DNA of 62,685 nucleotides from Chiloscyllium plagiosum (taxonomy: Eukaryota): contig NC_057754.1 in the NCBI RefSeq assembly GCF_004010195.1, positions 2,884,459-2,947,143 on the forward strand, given 5' to 3'. Below are positions 24,863 through 39,493 of this stretch, in pieces. Both the position numbers and the translations under genes were made by a program. The notes beneath the pieces are model-generated. The model was not told where the DNA came from, ran no database searches, and saw only the letters and a list, made by a program, of their open reading frames with translations. The number at the start of each line of letters is the position of its first letter. The first letter of the stretch is position 1.

Positions 24863-25519
24863 TATGCTATTTGGCACCTCAGTTCTGCTTCATCATTCAT
24901 TATGATCATGGCTCATCCAACCATGGCCCAACTTTACGTTCCTGCCTCCCTCAAAATGGATCCTCCACTCCACTCGCAATTATATTTAGCTGACTATGTG
25001 TGAACAGATTATTCAACTGTGGGAACCAACACGGAAAGCCCCCATCCTGTCCATATGCATTCATCACTCATTTCAATCAGGAGCAGGAACCCTGAATAGT
25101 GTTCCTTTCATTACTCAGACACTGAGGCCAACTATAGTGTCCCCTACCTTCAGAATAACCTGCTCAGCACAGTTCAGGATGGAATCTTCACCTTCCTGGT
25201 CTGCATTATTCATGAGTAATTGGGAAGTCTGGTCATTACTTATTTCATATTTCAATCCCACATTTCCACCACTTACACCCAAAAATAAAGCTAAAAAAAT
25301 GCTACTTTGAAACTGTTGGCATATTTGGAGGTACAGTTGTGCAACAGAATGTGCCATGCAGTGTGTCCCACAGAACTAAGGACTTTCAAATATTCTAGAC
25401 TCACTCTTTCTTGAAACTTGTATGCAGCATAAAAATAGCATCATTCTCTATCTCCAAGTTGTAAATGAAAGCATTAATTAACTATAATGTGACTTTATTC
25501 TATAACGCATTGTACATAC

Positions 25520-25710
25520 CAGTATAGCATCTGGACTTGTAGCTTCAGGTCGATCTGGACTCCATGAATAACTTCCCCCAGGAGAAAGCTTTTCTCCTTT
25601 TCGATGCAGCTTCAACCCCACAGTGTGTCGGTCCACAGTTTGTAATATTTTCTGTGCTTCTTCGTATCCCATGTCATCAAAGTAGATAGTTGCACTCACA
25701 ATTTGGTCAC
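25520..25710 (-). CDS. AHNAK: AHNAK second coding exon (rest of PDZ domain)
   Basis: (G)DQIVSATIYFDDMGYEEAQKILQTVDRHTVGLKLHRKGEKLSPGGSYSWSPDRPEATSPDAIL. 191 nt, tag acceptor, gtatg donor, phases compatible. Confidence 0.94.
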
Positions 25711-27281
25711 CTAAGAAAAAAGGTCATGTTTATACATTTATCCATTGCCTTTCAAATCTCTGAACATTTGAAAGCATTAAGAGACTCCAAGATAAAAGCC
25801 AAGCTCAGCACTGACTCAGAATAGTCAGGAGTAATATGGCTGATTGGGACTAAAACTGCAAAACTGAGTACTGTCTAGTGTGAATCTATGATATACAGAA
25901 ACAGTTCCTAGTCTGTGCAGCATTAATAATCTCAGTTGAGCTGGCAGAACTAGCTATCATTATTATCACTGCCCCAACCTATACCTTTTTATTATTTGTT
26001 CATGGGATGTGGGCATTGCTGACTCAGCTAGCATTTGGTGCCCACCCCTTACTGCCCCTGAGAAAAGCGGTGCATGTTGTCTTCTTGAAGCACTGCAGTC
26101 TCTGAGTTGTCAGGGCATCCACAGTGATGTTAGGAAAGGAGTTCTAGAATTTGACTTTGTGACTGTAAAGGAATTGCAATATAGTCCCAAGTCAGCATGA
26201 TGTATGGCTTGAAGGGGAACTTGCAGCTGGCAGTATTCCCATGTATCTGTTGCCCTTTCTACGTAGTAGAATTCATGGGACTGCAAGGTGGTGTTTGGTA
26301 CTGTTGGTGAGTTGCAGTATTTGAAACACACTCGTGCCACTGTGAACTCTATTAAATGATTCCAGCTGAAATATGGAGGTATTTCTGGACATTAGTTGAG
26401 GATAGAATTGTGGCTTGGTTGTGATGCTGAACAACTTGCCAACACTCATGGACTTAAGTCTTGTTCAACTAGATGAAGTATTACAGACAGCCATTGAAAT
26501 CTGCACCTAATCAGGAGTCAGAGTGTGCAGAAAACCCAAAGAACTGCAGATGCTGAAAAGCAGAAGCGCAAATAAATTGTGGAAAGTAGAATTAGCAGGT
26601 CTCGCTGCATCTGTAGCGAGAAAGCAGAATTAACATTTCAGGTCCAGCGACCCTAAAGAAACCAAGTATTCGTTATCTCATAATGTTGTAGCTTTTGTCA
26701 AGAGCAGAGGAAAATTGATACATAATATCAATTATGGCCCAAAACTGACTAATAGGTTCCAAAGTTCCCTAATTGAGTGACCTCAACTGGCTTTTAATTC
26801 ACAACAATTAAACTTTGCAGTTTTGAATGGACCCAGCTATTGTAGTAAAATAACATATTTCATAATACATAGTTCAACTGTTTTCTCTGTTGGGGTTGGG
26901 AAGGACAGGATGCTTTTGAAAATATTACATGGCATTGTAACCTCTCCTTCCCAACCACCCAGTCCAGTTGTACACACCAGGTGGTAAAGACAGTACCAGC
27001 ATTAATTTAGTGTACATAAATTGGTAATCCTGTGACAGGTACCATACTCTTACATGATTAAAATGACACCTAGAATGTGCCATTACCACATCAAAATGTT
27101 CCCCCTTGACCCTCACCCACCCACCCACCCCCACCCAATGTGAGAACTCTCTGCACGTACAACTTACTGTACAGCTTTATAATTAATACAAGGTTTCTCT
27201 CGATTATCTTACTTACCTGTGCAAAGGGGTAATTGAAAGGCAGGAGATGCTGTACATTAAAGTTTTGTTTAATTTTTGATC

Positions 27282-27610
27282 ACGGTGGCTCAATGGTTAT
27301 CACTGCTGCCTCACTGCAACTGGGTTCAATTTCAGTCTCAGGAGACTGTCAGTGTGGAGTTTGCATGTTCTCTTTTTGTCTGCGTGGGTTTCCTCCGGGT
27401 GCTCTGGTTTCCTCCCACAATCCAAAGGTGTGCAGATTAGGTGAATTGGCCATGCTAAATTGCCCATAATGTTCAGGGATGTGCATTAGTTAGGGGTAAA
27501 TGTAGAGTAATTGGGTAGGGAAAATGGGTCTGGGTAGGTTACTCTTTGAAGGGTTTGTGTGGACTTGTTGGGCCAAATAGCCTGTTTCCACACCGTAGGG
27601 ATTTTATAGA
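27282..27610 (+). mobile_element. HE1-type V-SINE
   Basis: Same head, core and tail as the other copies. Confidence 0.88.
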
Positions 27611-27827
27611 CTAATAGTTCTATCCTTACAAAATAGTGCACCGTATAATTTATGGCAAACTTGGTCAAGGGAGATTCCATCAATTCACTTTAAAGTCTGT
27701 AGGACTGTACTAAACCCAGAATATTTCCGATAGGTTTCTGATCATGTAGACAATTTTAAAAAGGTGTTTAAACAATCACAGCAAAATCTCCAAGAATGAA
27801 GTTAATTAGGTTTGGTTTGGAATAAAA

Positions 27828-28541
27828 TGTGGGGTTAAGAGGGTCTCTATGTTTAGGAATCAAACCATTTGTTTGAGTGTTCAACTGAAGATCTGCGTCC
27901 CCTCAAGAGGGGCCTCTTGGTTTGAGTTCGGTCAAAGGAATCGACAAATGCAGTCTATTCAAAAAGCAAGGTTCATTAGTTTATTAAATTAAGGTAGCTT
28001 GACGCAATTCTATCCAGCAACACAGAGATTGAAGCTTCTGTGTTCTGGGGTGAAGTTGCGCAATTACATTTGAAAATTACACATGATTTATGTGTTTTTT
28101 TAAGAAATAGTTTAGCCTTAATTACAAGAAAGACCAATCACATATAATAAGGTGACATGATTTACAGAAGTTAATCCAAAGATATTTCCTGGGAAAGGGT
28201 TCTTAATTACAAAAAAAGTCCAATCAACTGTAATATGGTGATATGATTGAAGACAGGCTAATCCAATGGTATTTTCTTTAAGAAGGATATCTAATTTACG
28301 TAAATTGTCATGCCATGTATTAGTTCAAGGTTAGTTCAAATGGTCAATTAATGTGTCAGGATTCATCTTATGAAAACGCTATTGTCCTCTTATCTTTGAA
28401 CTGCAAGTTAATTCTGCAAATCAGCAGTATGTTCAGCAGTATGGTTCACAGGCTATTTTATTCTTTTAAATCGAGAAACCATTTTCTTGTAATAAAAATC
28501 GACATATTTTGTTGCCTAAATTCAAATTTTAGATCCTCACA
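27828..28541 (-). mobile_element. Possible solo LTR
   Basis: Ends TGTGGGG...CCTCACA (TG..CA, short inverted repeat), an internal ~85 bp duplication with CCAAT boxes and AATAAA on the minus strand near 27980. TSD imperfect (AAAA/ACAA). Confidence 0.35.
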
Positions 28542-28596
28542 ACAACCAGGGTATAGTATGAGCAAGGAACACGAGCAATGCAGAGCCGAACCATAC

Positions 28597-28750
28597 CTTC
28601 CTTCATCACTCCGCTCTTTCCTGCTGGAGAATTCTGCACCACGTCCTTGATGAAGATCCCTTCATCACCACCACTTATACTGAACCCATGCGCAGCTGCT
28701 CCTGACCAACTTGGGAGCAGCACATCTAAATCATCTTCCTTTTTTGCCAT
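28597..28750 (-). CDS. AHNAK: AHNAK first coding exon (start of PDZ domain)
   Basis: cag|ATG MAKKEDDLDVLLPSWSGAAAHGFSISGGDEGIFIKDVVQNSPAGKSGVMKE(G)|gtatg, 154 nt. Resembles the mammalian AHNAK N-terminus (LLLPNW..GSHG..VFVQEVTQNSPAARTGVVKEG). Confidence 0.93.
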
Positions 28751-30088
28751 CTGCCAAAATCAGAAACAGTAAAGTATTAGCTGATCCCTCCTCCCTGAGG
28801 GAAAGCTAGAAGGTGAGATGTCAGGCTGTCTGAACTGGGCATTACCACTGCTATGTTGATTATGAAAAACAAAGTTCAATGCATTGAAGTGTGGGAAGAT
28901 TGGATAGAGATAATGCCAATAAATGGTACAAACTTAAAGCAGATGCAAGAGACAAATCTGGTACAGTCTTTTTTTACTTTTGGAGATGGAAAGACACGTT
29001 AACAAAATATAAAGCATTGGGCATTCTGAATCAAATTAAGTAAGTAATTGTTAAAATTTATAAAATACCATTTGACCTCAATAGGGTCTTGATTTCTATT
29101 CTGGGAACCGCATTTTAGGAAGGATGTGAAGGCTTTGACGAAGGTACAGAAAGTACTTACTGGACCTATTACATTCAGGGCATGGGGTAGTGGGATACAT
29201 CAGGGCCCAATAGTTGTGGACCCACAGGTCTGGAAGGAATGTGCTCAGATCAGGTGTGGGGCCAGGATTTCTGTCCCTGCCCCGATTACTGTTGCCTGGA
29301 GAGATTGGTATTAGATAATGTTACATAAATGGTTTCTAATCAAACTTGTAAAAGATATTGAGATATACGTAGGTGGGACTTGAACCCAGGCCTCCTGGCT
29401 CAGAAGTAGGGACACTACCATTGTACCACAAGAACCTACTTTGATTATTTTATTGTTGTATTAGCTATGACCTTCAAGTGCATTGGAACACCAGAGTTCA
29501 GTTTTAAAGAATACACTTCTTCCTTATTTTGTATAATTTTGCATTCTTGTAGTAAATTTACAAAGCTTACAGTAATGTTTAAGTATGGGGCTAGTTGAAG
29601 CACTGGTGTTTCTTTCTAGGTGATGCAGGAGATGTAAAATTTGACCCACTGTCCACAGGGTGCAATTACGGTGTAACAAGTTGAAACAGTTTCAGTTATC
29701 GATGTACATATAGGAACGTCAAATAGGAAGACTGGCAATAGGACAAGGCTTTGTAATGAGAAAATACATGCAGGCATTGGAATTTTAAAATATGATAATA
29801 GTATCTCAATCTAGTTTTCAGATGGGCTTACTCCACCTTCTGATCTTATGCGTTGTATCAAACTTTTTTTTAAATTGCCCAGCAACAAAAAATACTACCT
29901 AACTGGCTTTAAATATTTCTTACCTCTAATCACCCTGGAGGTAAGGAATTCACAGCAATTAGATTTAAGTTTTGAAAAGGGTAGGTTGTTAAAAGCCAAA
30001 TAAACTCCATGTACTTCACATGGAATAATCTTCTTAATAAGCTGTGGATCATCGGGGATCTGCTGGTATTTTCTGAACTAAGCAACTA

Positions 30089-30263
30089 CAGAGGAACCTG
30101 GATTGTCTGAACGACACGGGCGGGGAGTATTTTGTTCAGATAATTGAAATTTGGAATAATTGAATGCCTAATATCACAGTTTAGCCAAGCATTGGGACCT
30201 TGTGATCTTGCCGGATAGTCTGAAATTCGGATAATCGAATGCCAGATAATCGAGGTTCCTCTG
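30089..30263. mobile_element. Tc1/mariner(pogo)-type MITE
   Basis: TA-flanked 21 bp TIRs CAGAGGAACCTGGATTGTCTG / CAGATAATCGAGGTTCCTCTG (2 mismatches). A related right end occurs near 10810-10896. Confidence 0.85.
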
Positions 30264-30349
30264 TACTTGGAATGGGGTGTGTTCACAAACGCATTTGTGT
30301 GCCACTGTGTCAATGGGGTTTGAGGGGTAGACAAATGGAAAGAACATAC

Positions 30350-30458
30350 CTTTGTGCAGTTTCTCTGTCTCTGAAAGTATGAAACAAAATCGCTGCCGGT
30401 TCTTTGGTTGGTGCAAGGTATATTACTTCACTTTTGTGCTTGCTTCAGGCTCACAGCA
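30350..30458 (-). other. AHNAK: Candidate non-coding 5'UTR exon of AHNAK
   Basis: ctctttttccag| 109 nt with no ATG |AAG-gtatgt. The coding exon begins exactly at ATG, so an upstream exon is needed. Splicing gives AAGATGG (A at -3, G at +4). Confidence 0.55.
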
Positions 30459-33334
30459 CTGGAAAAAGAGGAGCAGTCGTCACGATTCAGCAAGTTTCAG
30501 GAGATTTATTCTAAGTCCCATGTACCATCTATAAGTCTGATCATTTGTTTTACATTTATATAGGGAAATACCTTTCCACCCAGAAAATGGCAGATGCCTG
30601 GAATTCACTGCCCCGTTTGGTGGTTGAGGTGAAAACGTTCAACTCATTGAAACTCAACCTGGGTCTGTAGCTGAAGCACTGTCATGTTCCGGAAAGTGGA
30701 ACCAGAACTAAATTAATTAATAGTTGATTAGAATGGGCAGTCAGTTTATTGTTAGTGTTTATTCAGCTGGTCCAGACACGATGGGCTGAATGGTCTCTCT
30801 CTGTGCCCTCACATTTCATAGTTGCATGACTCCAGAAAAAATAATTAAGAAAGCTGATGGATTGTCACAACAGTATACCTAATGCAATGAAATGAAAACC
30901 ACTACCCTTACCAATGACTTGTGACTCCATTCCAGTGCTCCCCAATAGCCTGAGCAGGACATCTGAGAAGATCAATCAATACTTTCCCTGGGGAAAGCTC
31001 CTGCATTCAAAGGGTTTCCTAACACCTTAAAAACCTCCCGATCTATCATAAATGATACAGAATTTTCTTAACTGCAAGAAAAAGCTCTGCCTCTTTCAGC
31101 AGAATAGATGAGCAAGCATAAATTATGTTACACAAGCTATCAGTTCTGTACCCTGCTGTTTGTCAGATCAATGATGATGCCTGAAATCTTGCTTCTCCCC
31201 TGACGTCTTTGTGATTAATTGAGTCAAACAGACCCATTCAATAGATATATCAACAAAGTGTCAATTTTGGCAAGTTTCCTGGAGGGTTTCTCTCCATGAG
31301 CCCTTGCAGATTTTCTCATGCTATCTTCCCAAACTCACTTATCACTTCCTACAGGAACCCCGCTGGTTAAATTCCCCTACTCACTATGGGCAGATGTACT
31401 GGCCACTGCTAGGACCTCCCAGGATTTCTGGCATTGCCACCATCTTTAAAGACCAGACTTGTACCTGGTCATATGCTGGAGTCCACAGCTGACCTGCACA
31501 GTTCCTGTCAACTATGCCAGCATCTGCAGTCCTCACTTTTGCCTAACTATCCCAGACGTGTCAGACAAAGGGAAATTGACATCCACTTTGCTGACTTGGG
31601 GGTCCTGGTGGAGAGGGGTGCATGGAATCATTGTCCTTGGAATATTCACTGAGATGCTGATGCCCGGTGTCAAGACGGAGGGCTAGAAGGGTAAGCATTG
31701 AGCTGGATTTATCAGCTTACCCCTGATTTTCATGTTGAGAATTCTCGCTGTCTAGTTAAATCCAGTGGGTGGGAGGGTGGGAGACTACATATTGATAAGG
31801 CAATATTGCATAAAAGTAATGATGTTAGCGTATGCTAATGTATGCAAATAGAACTCTTGTCACTCACTAGCGAGAGCCTCATCTTGCCATTCAACACTTG
31901 GAATTGATCGATTATATGAAGTAGGCTTTAGTAGTAGATCTCAAACAAGGCATGACAAAGTCAACTAAGGCTAATTTCTTTACTTGTCATTTTGTTGAAT
32001 GTGAACATCAAGCAAGGATAGGATAAGACTAGCCTGTAATGGGCACCATGGGGTTTACTGGCCATGCAGAACCAATTTAAACTGTTGGAAAAAGAACCAA
32101 AGATGTCATGAGAAAAAGTGCTTCTCTGCAGAATGGTTAGAATATGGATTGCTTTTCTTGGGAGGCATATTGAAAAAGCGGGGAAAAAAAAATTGAAAAC
32201 AACTAAGGAAATGGTAGGATAGTGGAACTTGGAGGTTACTCTTACAGAGTGCCAACATAGACACTTAGAACAAAATGGCTTTATTCCATGCTGTAACCAT
32301 TCCTGTGATTCTATTATGATCACTTGTTTGTTCTTCTTCATAAGGAAATGCCATCCATGCAAGGCATGGTAATAGAACAGCAGCCAAGGAAAAGTCCCCC
32401 AGCAAGAATTAGTACCTTCAAGAGAAGGAAATGCTTAATATTGACATTGGGAGTTGGACTTAAATGTCCATGCATAGTCTTGTTTTCCTGAGTTCAAACA
32501 TCCCTTACTTTGATGAGCACAAAAGCTTCAGAAAGAATCCAGACAAGAACAATCTGCTTTGGAAACAGAATTATTTTGCACTGGTTATATTCTGGGGAAT
32601 TAAAATGCTGGTGTTTTGACAGCTGTGAAGGAAATGTAGCTTTCAAAGGGTCAATTCCAGTTCTATCCAGTGATTATCCAACAATGCTTTCCTCATGCAT
32701 AACGTGCTGGGGCCAGTCTCCTATTACTGCCAACTTTAAATCAACAACTGCTCTTCTAATTTGACAAAACTCTGCTTTAATCTGATTAAAACCTTTTTTG
32801 ACTATCACAAACACAAAAGAACAATCTTTCAACAACTTAAGAGTTTGCAACACTGCTTTGAACTCTAAGGTTGCCTCTTATTAGAGTCATAGAGATGTTC
32901 ATCACAGAAACAGACCCTTCAGTCCAATTTGTCCTATGCCAACCAGGTATCCTAAATTAATCTAGGCCCATTTGTCAGCATTTGGCCAATATCCATCTGA
33001 ACCCTTCCTATTCAGATACCCATCCAGATTCTTTTTAAATGTTGTAATTGTACCAGCGTCCACCTTTACCTCTGGCAGTTCATGCTTCAAAACAGGGACA
33101 ACTCCCCTGCACTTTTTCTAAATGGTGTTGTGGAATCTTTCACATTCATCAGACAAGCCAGCATTATCTAGACATATATGAGGAACTGGGGATTCAGGTA
33201 TTGAAAGATACCCGTGGATTTGTAATTTGCCATGAGACTGGAAAAGAAAACCATTGGATATGAAGCCATGAAATTAAAATAAATAAAAGCTGAGTCACTC
33301 AGAACACCAGCCCAAACATTTTGGGGTTAGAAAC

Positions 33335-33860
33335 TAGAAAGAGAATTAGGCCGTTTGATCCTTTGCATCTCCTTTGCTATTTAGTAAGATGATGGCTGAT
33401 CCTCTAACTTAATGTCGTATTTCCACTTTCACCCATGTTCCTTGATACTTTTAATATCTAAGCATTTATTTTTCTTAGATATATTGTGACCCAGCCCCCA
33501 GCCTTCTGTGGTGGTGAGTTCCATAAGTTGACTACCCTCTGAGTGGAAGAATTGTTTCCTCATCTCAGTCCTATGTGGTATATCCCGTTTCTTGAGACCA
33601 TGTCCCTTAATTCTAGAGTCCCAAACCGGGAAAACATCCTCCCTACATCTAGTCTCTCTAGCCCTGTGAGAATTTTGTCTGTGTAAAATAAATTGCCTCT
33701 CATTCTTCCAAACCCTAATGAATAATAATCAAACAAATTTCTCTTCATTATGACAGTACTGATGTCCCTGCTATCAGCAAAGTGAACCTCTAAGACAAAT
33801 ATATCCTCTCTCAGTTTGGAAAAGTGCTCACAATTCTCCAGATGGAGTCCTACCAACACC
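33335..33860 (-). mobile_element. Degenerate CR1 LINE 3' fragment
   Basis: Minus-strand peptide ...RMRGNLFYTDKILTGLERLDVGRMF... matches the CR1 ORF2 C-terminus. A HER1-type tail fragment also lies at about 32883-33080. Confidence 0.75.
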
Positions 33861-36800
33861 CGTTTTTTTTTATTATTTATTCCCAGTATGAGGGTGCCGT
33901 TGACTAGGCCAGCATTTATTGCTCATTCCTATTTTCCTAGAAGGCAATTGAGTTAACCAAATTGCTGTTGGTTTGGAGTCACATATAGGCCAGACCAGGT
34001 AAGCTTGGCAGTTTCCTTTCCTAAAGGACATTAGTGAACCAGATGAGCTTTTCCAAACAATTGATTTGTAGTCATCATTAGCCAGATATTTGTTGAGCTC
34101 ACACTTCACCATCTGCAATGGCAGAATTCAAACCGGGGTCCCCAGAGCATTACTTGAGTCGCTAGATTAACAGTCCAGCAATAATACCACCAGGCCATCG
34201 GCCGCTCCTTATAACTGTAATATAATTGTAGTAAGACACCCCTACATGTGAACTCCAATCCTCTTGCAATGAAAGGCTATCATACCATTTGCCTTTATAC
34301 AAGACTGATTTTTACTCACTCGAAATAGGTTGTGAGGTCACCTGACTAAGTGTGCTTTCTTGCCACTGTCAGTCAGCTGGATGGCTGGAATGATCAGTTC
34401 TGCACCTGCTGAGGTTCCCCTGCAGGACTTTCCACTTAAAACTCTCCCTTCAATGGTAACCCTCAGGTTAAACCCATCATATCTCTCTCTCTCTCTCTTT
34501 AACCATTTACTTTTACCATACTGGTCCTCCATTTTGAGTTACACAAGACTAATATATAGAAACTGGTCCAACAGTCCAGTGCAAATCTGAGATAGTGCTG
34601 CATAGACAGGAATGCTGTCTTTCAGATGAGGTGTTGAGCACTTGTTCAGATGAAAGAAAAAAAACTTAAGATACTACTTGAAGAGCAGGATATTTCCACA
34701 GGACTCTTCATAAACATTTCTCCCTCAATGAACAATGCCAAAAACATTAACTGGTTACTCACCTCCACAGGAATTGAGCTGTCTGTATTTGTCTGCTGAC
34801 AGAACAACACTTCTGATGGTTGGTTGTGAAGTGTTTTGAGATGCCACAAAGAGTGTGATTAAATGCTATATCAGCACAGGCTCTGTCTTTATTGCATACG
34901 GTTTGCTTGCCCAGCCTTGTAAGTATCCCATCTGCTATGGTAGGATTTCAATCTGTCTGTCCTAGGACTACAAACCCACCCCAAATCACATTCCTACATG
35001 GTGACAGAAGCCTGAGAGCGCATTAGTCATGTATCAGCAACAATAGACTATCTCATACAGCATTAAAGCTGAAGCAGTTGTAAAGCACTTGAGTTTCTTC
35101 CACCACAAGACATGGCCAAACGCTGTTCTCTGTCGACTCTGGTACAACAGGACTCAGCATGTTCCGCAATCATAATCTGTATACAGTATGACTGAGGGGT
35201 ATTGAAGCACAGTGAACATAAATATTGGGAAGGATAAGATACTGAAGTTTTCTCTTACACTGAGGTGGGGAGTGGAAATCAGCCAGGTTTCCATGCCTGC
35301 TTATTGATCCAGCGACTCAATTTGAAAAGTGATTCAGTGTGGATGCCAGGAATTGACATGAAAAGCAGAATTATCATGCTGTTCAATATATAGATGGAGA
35401 CGAATGGCCACCCCAAGAGTGGGGAGGGAAGGCAGAGAAAAAAAAATCCAAAGGAACAATAAGACTTTACAGGAAATATTATAGAATTGGGACTTGGTTA
35501 CCTTTGATTGATATAATACAGCATTATTTGTGTAAGATGGGTGTGAACTGACAACGGCACCACTATACACATAGGAAGCAGTCAGTTCCTGAAACACAGG
35601 CTACTCAAACAAAAATGTCTTTGACTGATTAAAGGTAAGCAGAACAGGAATGTAGAGACAGACCTGCGTCAACAGGGGGTGCAAAGCAGAACTAGTTAAA
35701 CAGCAACAATGAGTGAAATCACAAACAATGGCATGGACTTCAGGATATTCTGGTTAAAAGTGAGCAGGTCCAATCACTTCTTCCCATAGATAACTACGCT
35801 TTCTGCACCGAAGGGCCCTAGGTTTGAAGCATTGCACTTCTTTGATGTGCTGATTTGGGAATAGTTGGGGTAATGCTCCTGATACTTACTTAAGCTGATG
35901 GCCTCTGGAAAATGCAAGGGTATGGACGTCAGGTTAGATGGCATTTTGTGATTCCCCTACCCTCCTCCTTTTACTCAGTGCTGAGGTTGGGAGGGGTATG
36001 CAATCTGTCTCTTCCAAGCTCATCCAGTAAAATGGAAAACTCGTGAAAACCTCAAAACCAAGACACTTAAACTCAAAGCTTCTCAGACGAACATTTTCAA
36101 CCAGAAAATATTATTATGATGTTTATACAGATAGTAAAGGACTAATTTTCAAACTGGGGTTGGGAATTAAATACCAAGATAAATTCCAGATCCCAAACCC
36201 ATATCTTAGCTGCTGTTTTTGAATGCACACTTAATTGGCAGGAAGTGAGCTTGGCACCCATTTAGAGGCAAGAGTGTGGTGCTGGAAAAGCACAGCCAGT
36301 CAGGCAGCACCCGAGGAGCAGGAAAATCAAAGTTTTGAGTCCTCACTTTCACCCATTTAGAGGCGTTAAGCACTTCCAAGAGGTGTGTTGGGGTAGCCAC
36401 TACCTTACTGGGTAAATCCCTCAAAAGGCTAGGCGTGATGCAATGCAGAACATGTCCACAGATGCCAAGTTAGAGTGCATTGCTCACTCAGGCTCCAGTT
36501 GGTCTATCAAATGTAATTTTAATCACAATAACAAATAAACTTTCTAATAGTAATATGCACCAGGTAGTTTAGATTTGCCAGAAGAAAACATGGAGATTTA
36601 TACAGTGGACTTGCCCCCTTAACATAACGTTAAAAAACAATGGAGCATGTTAACTGGCCCCAAGAGGATTTCTGGTTCACTCTGATAGATTTCATGCACC
36701 CACACAGTCTCCAATGCCACGAATTTGAAATCAAACCCATAACGAATCATTACCCCACAGCCACTTGAAAATCGGATCCAAAATGTGTGACTTTGATATG

Positions 36801-39202
36801 GGGGCTGAATGAAACCTATACATCCTTGTCCAGTTATCCCGGGCTTTCAAACCTGCAGGACCTAAATACTATACATTGTTTTGACTCCTTGATTTGCTTT
36901 TAACTTTGAAATCAATAGAGGGGACGATGAGCATAACAATCTGCTCATCATCATCAATAGCCTTTTGATCACATTTGAGAACTAAAATCAGCCACATGGC
37001 ATCGAATGATAAACTAAACTGTAATTCCACTAAAATGGACAGAATGAATTCTTTTTGAAAATGACTTTGTCTTTATTTGCTAACTTGCTTTCAAACATGC
37101 TCTTTGCAAAGAACATGATTTTATGTTCTTTTGCCCCTTCATGCAAAGTCTTCCTTTGCAGGTGAGTCTGGGCAGCCTATTCCATCACACAGGTAGCCCA
37201 GTCCCCTCCGTACATTTTGCAACAGGAAATATTGAAGAACAATAGTGTACCCACATGCAGCCTGGTTGACTTTCTGTCTCTCCCTAACTGACTTAAGTCA
37301 GGCCATTACCCCACCCCGCCTGAGAGCAGCGTTCAAATCTGGGTTCTCAGCATTAAAACATGTCTAAGGTCCTTATTTGTTTAAAAGGAGTGAACATCAA
37401 ACCCTCAGTTGACAAAATGTAGACCTGCCCAGGCCTGCACAGTTAGTATGAGACATGGATCAGTTTGCAGGTTTAATCTTTTGTTGTTGTTGCCTATATT
37501 GCAACACACCCAGTGCTTTGTTCACACCTGTACTGTCTGCGGGAAACTCTAAGAGTTTTTCAAGCAGGATTTATCACTAGGACTGAAGCACTTAAGTATT
37601 CCAAGACCTCAACGTAAAATATTGATTGCATAAACATGATGGTGATTTAAAATCTGTACAGGGTGCAGACTTAAGTATGCAAGGCAATCCCTCAAAATTT
37701 CATCCAAGTGTCCATTCCATAAATATGTGTGTGTTGCTACCAATGTTTGGCTGTGAATTTGGTTTACCCACTCAGGCTATCAGACAATCTCACCAGTAAA
37801 ACTGTGGCAATTGCGTCAAGGTCTCATTATGAGACATTATCTTTTTCCTCTGATTGTTTAATAACTGGCAGTATAGATCTTTAAAGAATTTACTGCAAAC
37901 GGCACAAAGATTGTTTTATTACACAATGGTGTAACTGTAGATAGTCCTTGCAATGATTTAGACATGTTAACCTTTAGGTTTCAACATAATTTACACTGAG
38001 TACCTCAGCAAGGGCTGTCACAGCTGTGATTGTCAACCAGCAGCACATTCCAACATGCACTTTCTAACAGATCATATCTACCCTAAGACTCCAACATTGC
38101 TGTCAGAATGTGAGATGCTCTTTAGTAGTCCTCTTGCATTTGTAACTCATAAAGTTGTCCACGCTTCCCTCAACTTGCAACCCTCTGTCACTTGTCCAAA
38201 GACCCAAATGGACTCTTCTACATTCCTTTCGTTTTGCACACATGCTGTATTAAAATTAAGCTTCATTGTCCTGCTATCAGTTCTAAAACCACATTTTGAG
38301 ATTGTCAGAATTGGGGAACATCTGATGTTATCCATCCAGCCATTCAGCTAAAAAAAAGATAGTCTCAGGGTCCATCAGCATCAACACTGACAAACATCAG
38401 GGGTCTCTACTGCTTGGATTGGTAAAGCCAGAATTTATTGCCCATCCCTTGAGACAGTGATAGTGAGCTACCTCTTTGAACCACTGTAGTCCATTTGCTG
38501 TAGGTAGACCACAATATACTTCTGAGTCCAGATAGTGAGTGGCTTGGAGGGGAACTTGCAGGTGGTGGTGTTCCTATGTGCCTGTTGCCCTTGTCGTTCT
38601 AAATGGAAGTGGTCTTGGGTTTGAAAAATGGGACTTTGGTGATTTTCCATAGTGCATCTTGTAGATGGCATCCTGCTGCTGCTGAGCATTGGTGGTGGAG
38701 GGAATGGATGTTTGTGGAGATGTATCCATGTGAGAAGATGTGAGCTCAACCAATCAGACTCATACATCAGTAATCACAACTTGGGCACAGGGATAGGAAA
38801 CAGGCAGGAAGGCTAAAACTATAGCCCAGCAAGGATTCAGTACCTTCGCAGAACAAACAAGATGGTTCCAGAAATGACTCTTATTCCGCCAACAATCTAC
38901 TGGACCTTCAAACCAAAGCTTGGCATCTCCTGATTGCTATGTCTTGATCTATTTTATGCTGCAAGGCCCTTCGTCTTTCAACAGAGTTTCTCCCTTCTAA
39001 ACCTACTGTTCCTTCTCTGCAGATTTCAACCCTTACTGACCAGCTTCACATTGCCCTTAGTAGGCATGACAAAGCAAAAGAATATCAACTGGCTGCTTTG
39101 TTACCGAGTATCACAAATTAGCACGATCTTGGCTTCGCCTAATGACCCCACCCAACAAACATGCATATTCCTCAATGTAGCTCAATACTATACAGTATCA
39201 TG

Positions 39203-39493
39203 TGTGGCTCAGTGATTAGCACTGCTGCCTCACGGGACCTGGGTTCGATTCCTGCCTGTCTGTGTGGAGTTTGCACATTCTCCCCGTGTCTGCGTGGGTT
39301 TCCTCCGGGTGCCCCGATTTCCTCCCACAATTCAAAGATGTGCAGGTCAGGTCAATTGGCCATGTTAAATTGCCCACAGTGTTAGGTGCATTAGTCAGGA
39401 GTGGGTCTGGGCGGGTTTCTTTTCGGAGGGTCAGTGTGGACTTGTTGGGCCGAAGGGCCTGCTTCCACACTGTAGAGAATCTAATCTAATCTA
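39203..39493 (+). mobile_element. HE1-type V-SINE
   Basis: Head, V-core and an (AATCT)n tail. Confidence 0.9.
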
